Source of the DNA: Vitrella brassicaformis CCMP3155
Taxonomy: Eukaryota > Protista > Chromerida
Assembly: GCA_001179505.1 (NCBI GenBank)
Contig: CDMY01000508.1
Coordinates: 26,091-90,090 of the forward strand
Direction of reading: 5' to 3'
Length of the DNA stretch: 64,000 bases
A program made the position numbers and the translations under genes. Below the pieces are notes generated by a model. It saw only the letters and a list, made by a program, of their open reading frames with translations, was not told where the DNA came from and searched no databases. Positions 25,569 through 37,328 of the stretch are shown here, piece by piece (position 1 is the stretch's first letter; each line of letters begins with the position of its first letter).

Positions 25569-26096
25569 ACCGATCCGACTGAGGCCTCGAGCGTTTGGTG
25601 TGCCTCGAGAGAGAGTCTGCAAATGTCTCCTTTTTCTTTTTGCGTAGCGGTAAGCGGGGAGTTGAGCTGCGGTTCTTAATGTTTACGCATGCACTGGTGC
25701 AGGCAGGACTCTACTCACTGGAAATTGGCAGAGACACGTTGTTTGGTGAATGGCATCATACAAAGACAAATCTGCTCGCTAGCTGCCCTCGTCTGCTCCC
25801 TGTGTGCTGGACATCCATGCGCTGCGTATGTATTGTACGGACGGGCGGAAAGGAAGACGAGGCCGACAGTCACAGACGATCATGTCTTCGTCATGACGTG
25901 ATCGTCAAGAATGGTTTTTTCGTTTTGTCTGGGTCGGAAGACTCATCGATACATCACAGTGTGTGTGTGTCACGCAGGAAAGTCATGCGGAAGCGAACAC
26001 CAGATACGTCGATGAGTTTCATGCATCCCCTAATTCCTAACGGCCAGCTTCATTTCACGACGTGTGTGGAAGAAGTATGCATATGTTTTCCTCCGC

Positions 26097-28058
26097 ATGG
26101 GTATTGCCCTGCGCGCCCTGGTGGGCGTCTGCTTGGGGTTCACGACCGTCGCCTTCGTCGGTGTCTTCATCCCCAGGGAGTTCTCGCGTGTGGAGAACAA
26201 AGCCGCTCCGCCCTCGTATTCTTTGCTCTCTTCGCCTGTCCGAGACTATATTGAGCAGCTGACACTGGGGCGCACAGCTGCAGAGTCACGAGAGGGCTGC
26301 CCATTCTTGGCCAAGACACCAGCCGATATTGGCGATGGGGGAAGCGGCATTGACGCGCTCCCCGGTGTGCAGCCTCCCATCGATTTGAAGGCTCTGGATG
26401 GCTTCTTGAGTGCCATCAACGACGACACCGATGCCGGCCTGCTAACGAATCACTGCGAGAGATACTGGGATGAGATTCTCGACGAGAACCCAACCCTTAT
26501 CGCACTGGAGAAGCATAAGCCGTGGACCTCAGAGGAGGTGACGCTCCTCGCCAACCGAGGCGTTCGACTCAAGGGCGCTGTGCGGCTGCCGTACCACAAT
26601 CGTTTGCCCCTTCGGCTGAGCATTACCAACGGCGCGCTGGTCTGCCACTCTATCAAGGACTGCCAGCCCCTCGAGACTCCTCCCAACGGGAGATTCGCAG
26701 TGGAACGGATAAACGCGCGGCGCGTGGCCCGCTCTCTCGCGGATGCCGTTGATTGGGCGGCCAACAACAGCGTCAACTTGGGGGACGCGGCCTTTTCGAT
26801 ACCAGTCGAGGACTGCCCCAACTTCTGGTCAGTGGGACTGATATTGACAGACAGGTTCCCCATCTTGACACGTCCCGTCCGTGTGTTGTCTGCAGGCGTT
26901 CGAAGGTGCCGGTTGGCGGAGATTACATTGGGCCCGGCAGCCAGGAGCCGTGTGAGCGCGCCAGACCTCAGTACAAGCGAAAAGGGCCTCCCGCCCTGGT
27001 GCTGAGCGAGTCGTCGTTCACGGAGTACACCTGGGACATTCCCGGTGTCTGGTTCCACGAAAACGACGAGACCATGACACGTGAGATTGTCAAGGACCTC
27101 TATTACACCGCTGACGATGGGGATGGACACCCCAGGTTCTCAGAGGCGCTCTTCGCCGCCGAGTGGGCAAAGAAGAAAAACGAGGCCTTCTTCATCGGCC
27201 TCAACACAGACGACAGCCGGGTGCAGCTGGCTTGCGAGCTCAGTATGATGGACCCGGAGCTGTTTCAGCACGTCTTCATTGCTGGTGCTGACGTCAGAAT
27301 GAGACAACCTGTCAACTGCACCGACACAGCCCGCGAATTGGAGCGGTGAGTTGACCCTCACTTGGGCAGAGAAACATGCAGGTGTATCTATCGGCCTGCT
27401 GACCCGTGTCGGTCTTTGGCTTTTGTGTCCATGTGTGCAGAGAGCTGGGATGTTCCGCCTCTCACATCTGTCGGCGGAACAAGACTCTTGCCGAGGAGTT
27501 TGTGGAGCTGATGCTTTCAACAAAGTACCACCTGGACCTGCCTGGCTACGGGCCCTGGAGCCACAGGTTGCGAATGCTGCTGCTCAGCGGCTCGGTGATA
27601 TTCGAGCCGCCACGCAGCTTTGCAGCCACACAATTCTTCGATGCCCCTCTGAAGCGGCGAAACCTGATCGTGCGCTTCACTGACGCGACAGACCTCTATG
27701 AGAAGATCCAGTGGTTCAGGAGACATGACGACGTCGCGAGGAGGCTGGCGGCAGCGATGCACAAGATCGGATGGTACGCACGGCAGCAGACACGCACACA
27801 GAGACTCACACCAGATGCGTGTGTGATATCTCCGGCCATAACAGGCATTGCCTGACGCACGAGAGTGTTCGTCAGTCCCTTGTCATGCTGCTGAAGCGCC
27901 TTGGAGCCCTCCACGAGCCGACGGTCGGCAAAGCAAGGCGACCTGGCAAGCGTCTGGATGACGACATCAGATGTGTGATCGGCGAGGGGACGCCTCTGCA
28001 CGCGGCGATGGATGGCTTCGGCGAGGCTGCCGACGAGTGCTATCTGGCCGCCTTGTGA
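26097..28058 (+). CDS. Glycosyltransferase family 90 (CAP10/POGLUT-like), type II membrane
   Basis: N-terminal TM; C-terminal KYHLDLPGYGPWSHRLRMLLLSGSVIF...DLYEKIQWFRRHDDVARRLA matches the CAP10-domain pattern. Confidence 0.75.
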
Positions 28059-29085
28059 AGAGATCCATCGCCAGGTGAGGCCATCCATTTATGTGTGGCC
28101 ATGGAATTTTATTCATTTAATCGTGGCAAAGCAGTGTGTGTCTCCATGCACGTACGAACCACACACGCGGCTGTCTGTCTGTCTGTCTGTCTGTCGATCG
28201 GATCCATTCATGTGCATGCCCAACCAGTAGGTAGGTCTCTTTCTTTCTTTCTTTCTTTCCGTTGTCCGTGCCGTTTGTCGGTGGTAAATGGTACGTGCCT
28301 GACTGACTTTTCTGCTCTCTCTGCTGTGGGTGACGGCCGTGGATACCGTCTGTCTGTCTGTCTGTCTGTCTGGATCCACTGCATCCATTGGAGATTTTGA
28401 CGCACACGTGTGTGAGCGTGTGGCTATGGTGATGTGTGATAGTAATTTGCTAGTGGCACGTGCGTCGATCGGTGGAGACTGACTGTGTTTGCGTTCTGTG
28501 TGCGTGAAATCACGCACAGACGGACAGCGAGCCAGACTAAGGAGGGCTTCGACTAAGCAGTGTTTTGCCAGTAATCACCCACGAGTAGGAATATTTTGTG
28601 ACATCTCCATCCAGCCCACCGGTGGGTAGCATTCATTCAGGCGGAGAGGCCACGGACAGCCGCTCACAGTCGTTAAGCAGTCGCTGAAGAGGCCCAGCGG
28701 CACACAAGCAAACGTACACCTCGACACAGGGATATCTCCACTCGGTCACTCTCTTTGGGCCTCACACATACACACATCCTCCTGTCGCCCACTGAGGCAC
28801 CACCCACATGGACAGCATAGCCACACAGCCACTGCGACAGACAGGCACACTGCGGCAGCTGAGGGTGTACTGATACTGATAGAGCACCAAAGTCACCGAT
28901 CCTAGTCGACTGGGCCGCTGTCACCGTGGCCCAAACCCAGACCCACTTTCACAGTCTGATCAATCGTCTCTCTGCGTCGGCTGGTCTGAATGGGCGGTCA
29001 GCGAGCACATCAAATTGAGCGCTTCGGCCATTCAAACCATGACCTCGATCGATGTCGACATTTTTAATGAGGTGAGGAGACATGT

Positions 29086-29325
29086 CATGACGCAGGTGTG
29101 CGCACACAGATATTCATCATGTACACAGAGATTCATCATATACACGCACTCCGAGTCCACCCGTGCATGCGCACGTGCATGCGCAGGTGTGCGCATACAG
29201 ACGTTCATCATATACACATACTCCAAGTTGACACGTGCATGCGCAGGGGTGCGCACAGAGGCATTCATCATATACACACACTCCAAGTCGGCATGTGTGT
29301 ATGTGATGAATGTGTGTGTCACTCG
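29086..29325. repeat. 60-bp minisatellite array, orientation A, with a short inverted end
   Basis: About 3.5 units, then GTGTGTATGTGATGAATGTG in the opposite orientation from about 29293. Confidence 0.9.
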
Positions 29326-29760
29326 ACCTCCATGAGATCTTTGGGTAAACGAGGGGCCACGAGTGATCGTCTTGAGTTTCATACGAGGGCATGCCGCAGC
29401 AGATGCATAATCACAGGCAGCGCGTAACAGGCAAGCAACCATGCAAAGCCGGCACACACAAAAGCACGGTCCATACAGCCTCGCGAGTCGCACCCATAGA
29501 TACACGCAACATACACGAAAATAGAGAGCGCCCATAGCGCGGCCGACGGTCCCACAGAGGTGTAGGATGGGGAGACGGCCTACAGTATGCATCTTTGCAC
29601 TGAGAAGTGACGTTCTTTGACTGACGAGGCGAGCAAGCAAACCATACACAGCCAAGAATTCAACAGGCACGCGCCGAAGTTCTCCCTGTCATAGACAGGC
29701 ACAACGCAAGCAGCCGGGCAAGCGAGCAAACACTCGAGTTCGAGCCGGTGAGATCCACCT

Positions 29761-30140
29761 TTGGTCCTCACTGGGAAAGAGGGTGCCAGCCCCCGAAGAG
29801 GCGCTCAGCGCCTATGTAAAGTAGAAAAGATCGCCGGCCTACGTTTCGTCCGTCTCGCTGCGAAGACATTTGGCCGCTGGGGGCAGCAAGCGATTGAATT
29901 CGTCAGGAAGCTCGCCAAGAGGAAGGCCCGCCCCTTGGCCATCCCCGCCGCTGAATGCACATTGTCCAGTGAAAATATCATCAACCGTCGGGGCCGGCTC
30001 CTGCCCGTACAGCTGGTAAAGCACAACGCGTTCCACGTGGCTAGCCGCGTGAAGCGTGTCGCATCTACCGGAGGACCCCGAAAAAAAAGGCTCCTTTCCA
30101 GAGGACTTCATCAGCCGAGGCGCCTGTAGGCCTCACACAA
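29761..30140 (+). mobile_element. Second RLE-type non-LTR retrotransposon 3' tail
   Basis: GLRFVRLAAKTFGRWGQQAIEFVRKLAKRK. Ends with GGACTTCATCAGCCGAGGCGCCTGTAGGCCTCACA, similar to 12923-12957. Confidence 0.55.
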
Positions 30141-30600
30141 GTCCCCCCTCTGGTTGGTGCGCCCGCGTGTCGCTTCATATCGTATGCATGCAGTTTCATG
30201 CTGTGTGCATGCATGGGTATCTGGTGTGTCTTTGTTGCGTGTCTGTATCGTATGGTTGCGTTGCTAGTGCTCTACCGCTGGCATGCGTGCTTTTATCGAC
30301 ATTCGTCGCCCCTTGTTTACACTGGAGTACAAAGCATACCGTTGCACCCTCAAGTACTCTTTGACAGCGTCCCTCTGCAATTATTCGGTAACAACGCCCC
30401 GTCAAACTAGGGAGCTCCCCGCTTATTGCCTTCACTGCGTCCGACTCTGGATGGCCTCATCGACGTATTTGCCTGTGTGTGCAACGAATTCGTCAGGTTC
30501 AGAGAATTCCGGTAAAAGAAGAGAAAGGAGGAATAAACGAGAAAGACAGATGGCATGCATATCTACACATAGAGCCGGCACATATATTCGGCGTCTGAAA

Positions 30601-30888
30601 CTACCCTGGCCACCTGTGCGAACCAATATTGGTGTCGTTTAATTGTATGCTCTTCACGGCAGCCAGGCGAGACCAGGCTTTTGGGATAGTCTGAAGAGCG
30701 TTGCTGTGAAGATTGACATGCTCCACGCTAAAACCAGGCAAGGTCAGACGTGCCTCAAACACACTCGTATTTGTCTCACATCTCTTCATTTGCGTCTCCG
30801 GAAGGAATCCATTGCAGCCGAAGCCTTCGATGCGATTGTAGCTGAGGTCTAGCCATCCGAGTGACGCGAGGGGCTGCAAAGACGGCAG
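30601..30888 (-). pseudogene. Orphan two-exon LRR fragment of the receptor family
   Basis: LPSLQPLASLGWLDLSYNRIEGF vs LPSLQPLVSLRTLDLSYNRIENF at 2295-2400. The upstream part is replaced by satellite. Confidence 0.75.
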
Positions 30889-32461
30889 CAAACACATTCA
30901 TCACATACACGCACTCCAAGTCGACACGTGCATGCGCAGGTGTGTGCACAGAGACATTCATTATATACACACACTCCACGTCCAAACGTGCACAAACACA
31001 TTCATCACATACACACACTCCAGGTCCAAACGTGCATGCGCAGGTGTGCGTACACAGACATTCATTATATACACACACTCCGCGTCCAAATAAGTATGAT
31101 ATAGACACACTCCACGTCCAAACGTGCATGCGCAGGTGTGCGCACAAACACATTCATCACATATACACACTTAACATCGACACGTGCATGTGCAGATGTG
31201 CGCACTCATATATTCGTCATATACCCACACTCCACGTCCAAACGTGCAAACAGACATTCATCACATACACACACTCCAGGTCCAAACGTGCATAGAGACA
31301 TTCGTCATATACACATACTCCAAGTCCAAACATGCATGCACAGGTGTGCGCACATAGACATTCGTCATATACGCACACTCCAAGTCCAAACATGCATGCG
31401 CAAGTGTGCGCACACAGACATTCATCGTATGCACACATTCCAACTTTAAACGTGTATGCACAGGTGTGCGCATAGAGACATTCATCATATACACACACTC
31501 CAACTCCAAACGTGGATAGAGACATTCGTCATATACGCACACTCCAAGTCCAAACGTGCATGCGCAGGTGTGCGCACATAGAGACATTCGTCATATACAC
31601 ATACTCCAACTCCAAACGTGCATGCGCAGGTATGCGCACACAGACATTCATCATATATACACACTCCAAGTCGACGGGTGCATGCGCAGATGTGCGCACA
31701 TAGACATTCGTCATATACACATACTCCAAGTCCAAACGTGCATGCGCAGGTGTGCGCATAGAGACATTCGTCATATACGCAGACTCCAACTCCATACGTG
31801 CATGCGCAGGTGTGCGCATAGAGACATTCGTCATATACTCATATACGCACACTCCAAGTCCAAACGTGCATGCGCAGGTATGCGCACACAGACATTCATC
31901 ATATATACACACTCCAAGTCGACGGGTGCATGTGCAGGTGTGCGCACATAGACATTCGTCATATACACATACTCCAACTCCAAACGTGCATGCGCAGGTG
32001 TGCGCACATAGACATTCATCATATACACATACTCCAAGTCCAAACGTGCATGCGCAGGTGTGCGCACAGGCAGGTGTGCGCATGCGCAGGTGTGCGCATA
32101 GAGACATTCATCATATTCACACACTCCAACTCCAAACGTGCATGCGCAGGTGTGCGCATAGAGACATTCATCGTATTCACACACTCCAAACGTGCATGCG
32201 CAGGTGTGCGCATAGAGACATTCGTCATATACACATACTCCAACGCGCAGGTGTGCGCATAGAGACATTCATCATATACACACACTCCAACTCCAAACGT
32301 GCATGCGCAGGTGTGCGCATAGAGACATTCGTCATATACACATACTCCAACGCGCAGGTGTGCGCATAGAGACATTCGTCATATACACATACTCCAACTC
32401 CAAACGTGCATGCGCAGGTGTGCGCATAGAGACATTCGTCATATACGCACACTCCAGCTCC
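30889..32461. repeat. 60-bp minisatellite array, orientation A, CCAAACGTG variant
   Basis: About 26 units, followed by (CA)n. Confidence 0.95.
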
Positions 32462-32586
32462 ACTCCCCCAACACACACACACACACACACGCACACACCG
32501 GCCCCAAAGCGCCACCACCGGCCCCAAAGCGTCACCACCGCGATACTCCCTCCCTTCCCGGCTTGCCCTCTTCCGTCGAACCTGTC

Positions 32587-33222
32587 CTAATGAATGAGGA
32601 GGCGAGGCAGGAGGGCCAGCAAGATGTCCTGATCCACCTCAGCAAACACATCCTGGCCCAGCCGCCTGATCACCCCGCCGAACAGCACATACCGCCCTGC
32701 CCTGTCGTAGACGTCCAGCCAAGAGCGCTTCATCGCCGCGGCCACGTCCTTGGTCTTGTCCCACACGTCACGACACTGCCTGGCCGCCTGCTTGTCGTCC
32801 ATGGAGTCGCCGTACTTGGCGTGAATGGCGCGGAAGAGACGCTCAGCATGCGGCTCATCGATCTTGGACACGTCGAACACAGCCCTGCCCGCCGTCATCT
32901 GCCCTCCCTGCTCCGCCTTGAACTCCAGCTTGCGGCTGGCGAAGCCGTGCTCCTGCAGGACCTCGAGGACGACGTCAGTGACCTCCGACGAGCGGAATCT
33001 GGCGAGGGGGGAGTCTGGAAGAGGGTGGGTGACGGGTGACTGCTTGGCCAACGACTCGACAGCCTGGCGGAGAATATCGACCTCTGACTCGAGAGCATCA
33101 ATCCGGTCACACACGCTCTCGGCTTGTAGCAGGGCAGGCGGCTCTCGCTCCACCGCGATAGACTCACGCGCAGCAGCAGCTGCTGCTTGGACGTCCGCAG
33201 CAGAAACACTCGGTTCCGACAT
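32587..33222 (-). CDS. Intronless hypothetical protein (~211 aa) with an N-terminal coiled-coil
   Basis: Uninterrupted ORF with strong GC3 bias (DRIDALESEVDILRQAVESLAKQ). No recognisable family. Confidence 0.65.
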   Translation of the reverse strand: MSEPSVSAADVQAAAAAARESIAVEREPPALLQAESVCDRIDALESEVDILRQAVESLAKQSPVTHPLPDSPLARFRSSEVTDVVLEVLQEHGFASRKLEFKAEQGGQMTAGRAVFDVSKIDEPHAERLFRAIHAKYGDSMDDKQAARQCRDVWDKTKDVAAAMKRSWLDVYDRAGRYVLFGGVIRRLGQDVFAEVDQDILLALLPRLLIH

Positions 33223-33744
33223 CAGCACCACAAAACGATGTCAGGACAACACAGAAAAACGATGACAGACGATGCGGAGGTCCACTCCACGAAGGTGTCA
33301 CACAGAAACACTGACAGATCCCTGGGACAGAGGGATGACCCATCTCGCCGCGTCTCGGAACGCGTGATATCGCACGTTAGATCGTGCTCAGTGAGTGTGG
33401 ATGTGGGCGTGGTCTGTGTGTGTGTCTTGCCGCCCTTCTGCCTTTCCCAGCGGTGATATGTGTATGGGCGTGCACTGAGGGTGTCTACGGGTCGGCCGCC
33501 TGCCGCCCCTCTCCGCCATGGAGGCTGGGGCGGCGGTGCGCTCTCATACACCCCCAGCACCCCGTGCGTGGTTGTTTTAAGGGCGTGTTTGTGTGTGACT
33601 GGGCGATCTGCATTGGCTGGCCGCCTGGGGATGGGCGGTATCTACGTATGGAGTCATGGTGCAGCACGCACGCACGCACGCCGCCTTCAAGCTGCTGCTG
33701 GGGTGGCGCGTGTGCGACGCTGTGTGCCTGCCCTGCGCACCCTT

Positions 33745-36247
33745 ACGCCAAGTCGACACGTGCACGTGCAGGGGTGTGCACACAGATATTCATCATATAC
33801 ACGCACTCCAAGTCCACACGTGTATGCGCAGGGGTGCGCACAGAGACATTCATCATATACACGCACTCCAAGTCGACACGTGTATGCGCAGGGGTGCGCA
33901 CATACACGTTCATTATGGACACACACTTCATGTCCAAACGCGCATGCGCAGGGGTGCGCACACAGACATTCCTCATGTAGACACACTCAAAGTCACAACG
34001 CGCATGTGCAGGTGTGCGCACTCCAAGTCGACACGTGCATGAGCAGGAGTGCGCATACAGATCTTTCTCATATACACACACTCCAAGTCGACACGTTTAT
34101 GCGCAGGGGTGCACACACAGACATTCATTATGGACACACAATTCAAGTCCAAACGCGCATGCGCAGGTGTGCGCACTTTAAGTCGACACGTGCATGAGCA
34201 GGAGTGCGCATACAGATCTTCCTCATATACACACACTCCAAGTCGACACGTGCATGCGCAGGGGTGCGCACACAGACATTGGTCATACATACACACTCCA
34301 ACACCTGCATGCGCAGGTGTGCGCACACAGACTTCATCAACATACCCACACTCCAAGTCGCGCAGGTGTTCGCACAGAGAAAAACATCATATACACACAC
34401 TCCAAGTCGACACGTGTATGCACCGGTGTGCGCACAGAGTCAGTCATTACATACACCCACTCCAAGTCCAAAAGTGCATGCGCAGGTGTGCGGACAGAGA
34501 CACTCATCATTTACAGCAGATGCACAGGTGTTCGCATGGACATGTGCGTGCGCAGGGGTGCGCACACAGACAGTCATCATATACAAACACTCCAAGTCCA
34601 CACGTGCGTGCGCAGATGTGCGCACACAGACGGTCATCATATACAAACACTCCTCCAAGAAGACACGTGGGTGCGCAGGGGTGCGCACAGAGACATTCAT
34701 GAGATAGACACACTCCAAGTCGACACGTGCGTGCGCAGGTGTGCGCACAGAGACATTCATAAGACGCGCAGGTGTGCGCACAGAGACATTCAAGAGATAC
34801 ACACACTCCAAGTCCACACGTGCGTGCGCAGGGGTGCGCACAGAGACATTCATGAGATACACACACGTGCGTGCGCAGGTGTGCGCACAGAGACATTCAT
34901 GAGACGCGCAGGTGTGCGCACAGACACATTCAAGAGATACACACACTCCAAGTCCACACGTGCGTGCGCAGGGGTGCGCACAGAGACATTCATGAGATAC
35001 ACACACGTGCGTGCGCAGGGGTGCGCACAGAGACATTCATGAGACGCGCAGGTGTGCGCACAGAGACATTCATGAGATACACACACTCCAAGTCCACACG
35101 TGCGTGCGCAGGGGTGCGCATAGAGACATTCATGAGATGCACACACGTGCGTGCGCAGGGGAGCGCAAAGAGACATTCATAAGCGCAGGGGAGCGCAAAG
35201 AGACATTCATAAGATACACACACGTGCGTGCGCAGGGGTGCGCACAGAGACATTCAGTATGCACGTGTGGACTTGGAGTGTGTGTATATGATGAATGTCT
35301 CTGTGCGCACACCTGCGCATGCTCGTGTGGACTTGGTGTGTGTGTATGTGACGAATGTCTCTGTGCGCACACCTGCGCATGCACGTGTGGACTTGGTGTG
35401 TTTGTATCTCATGAATGTCTCTAGGTGTGCGCATGCACGTGTGGACTTGGTGTGTTTGTATCTCATGAATGTCTCTGGGGGGCACATGCGCACGCACGTG
35501 TCGACTTGGAGTGTGTGTATCTTATGAATATCTCTGTGCGCACACCTGTGCATGCACATGTCGACTCGGAGTGTGTGTATATGACGAATGTCTCTGTGCG
35601 CACACCTGCGCATGCACGTGTGGACTTGGAGTGTGTGTATCTCATGAATGTCTCTGTGCGCACACCTGCGCATGCACGTGTGTACTTGGAGTGTGTGTAT
35701 ATGACGAATGTCTCTGTGCGCACACCTGCGCATGCACGTGTNNNNNNNNNNNNNNNNNNNNNNNNNNNNNNNNNNNNNNNNNNNNNNNNNNNNNNNNNNN
35801 NNNNNNNNNNNNNNNNNNNNNNNNNNNNNNNNNNNNNNNNNNNNNNNNNNNNNNNNNNNNNNNNNNNNNNNNNNNNNNNNNNNNNNNNNNNNNNNNNNNN
35901 NNNNNNGAGTGTGTATATGACGAATGTCTCTGTGCGCACACCTGCGCATGCACGTGTGGACTTGGAGTGTGTGTATATGACGAATGTCTCTGTGCGCACA
36001 CCTGCGCATGCACGTGTGGACTTGGTGTGTGTATCTCATGAATGTCTCTGTGCGCACACCTGCGCATGCAGGTGTCGACTTGGAGTGTGTGTATATGATG
36101 AATGTCTCTGTGCGCACACCTGCGCATGCACGTGTGGCCTTGGTGTGTGTGTATATGACGAATGTCTCTGTGCGCACACCTGCGCATGCAAGTGTGGACT
36201 TGGTGTGTTTGTATCTCATGAATGTCTCTGTGCGCACACCTGCGCAT
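33745..36247. repeat. 60-bp minisatellite array with an internal orientation flip (A to 35256, B from 35258)
   Basis: Junction ...CAGAGACATTCA-G-TATGCACGTGTGGACTTGG... The array contains a gap. Confidence 0.95.
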
Positions 36248-36249
36248 AG

Positions 36250-37262
36250 TGCGACTGACGAACTGTCTGTATGTGCCTGACCTGAAGTACAATCTGCTGT
36301 CAGTCAGCGCACTTGAGGACCAAGGATACAATACACGCATGGATAGCCGCACTGTGTACAAAGAACCATACACACATTCATTTGTGCGGAAGGGGAGGCT
36401 CTACGTGTTTGGTGTGTCACCTGCTGCTCACGCGGACAGGGCAACCAACAACGAATGCACCACACGAGAGGCGCCTGCAGCTGCTCACGCGGCCAGGCAA
36501 GACGCTACCTATCCTGTGTGTAAGGAGAAGGAAGACAATGGGAAGTCAATGACAGGCATCATGAATGCAGTCAGCAAGTGCCGTTCCTATCTCTCGAAGT
36601 GGTGTGCTGACCGGTCAGGTTCCTCCTTTCTCGGCTTCACATTCTCGGGAGGTTTCGGTGCTGGTCGTACCGATGCCCCAGGTCGGGGTCAGGACAGCCC
36701 AGGGCGGGCTGAGGTGACTTGTTGCCACTGCAATTCTCCACATGTGGAACCGCCTGCAGAGCGACGTTTCCTGCACACAAAGAAAGGAACGATTGACCTC
36801 TGGCAACCACACACACTGCATGACTGTCATGTGTGCGGCAAGAGTTTCAGTACTGGTGTACCGACTCTTGGACGCCTTCCTGACTTCCACCAGTCTGCAG
36901 CGGATCTGCTGAGTCAAGGGCAACCTGCTGGTGCTGTCGAGGCTTCAGATCAGCCCGACGCTGCTGGTCCCTCTTGCTCGACGGACGAATCGGATCGACA
37001 CACGCCAGACGATCCACAAACACACACTGGCCATCCTGCAGGACAACCAAATCAACACATGGGCCATGATCCGTTTGCATCTCCTGTGCAGCCTGCTGTG
37101 CAGATACCTGTTCCACCCGAGGACGGAGATCCAACTTTCTGGCTACAACACAAGCGACTAGCACACCTCAATCGCCGCGACATGGATCTGCTGAGAAAAG
37201 ACCTCGGTGAAGGGCTGCCTGTGTTCGACATCCCTCCATCCGACTGCCAACCCTACGGGTGA
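36250..37262 (+). mobile_element. Ty1/copia pol fragment: end of the protease region and GAG-pre-integrase, with an inserted Zn-ribbon-like segment
   Basis: LYVPDLKYNLLSVSALEDQGY...RKGRLYV and WLQHKRLAHLNRRDMDLL...CQPY are typical copia motifs. Confidence 0.7.
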
Positions 37263-37328
37263 GTGAGTGCAAATATAATACACTCTTCTTCATTCATCAT
37301 GGATGTATTATTATATCGTCGTGTGAAG

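Noticed and set aside
30889-36247. CRISPR array interpretation of the regular repeats
   Set aside because: Units are contiguous with no unique spacers, there are no cas genes, and the context is eukaryotic.
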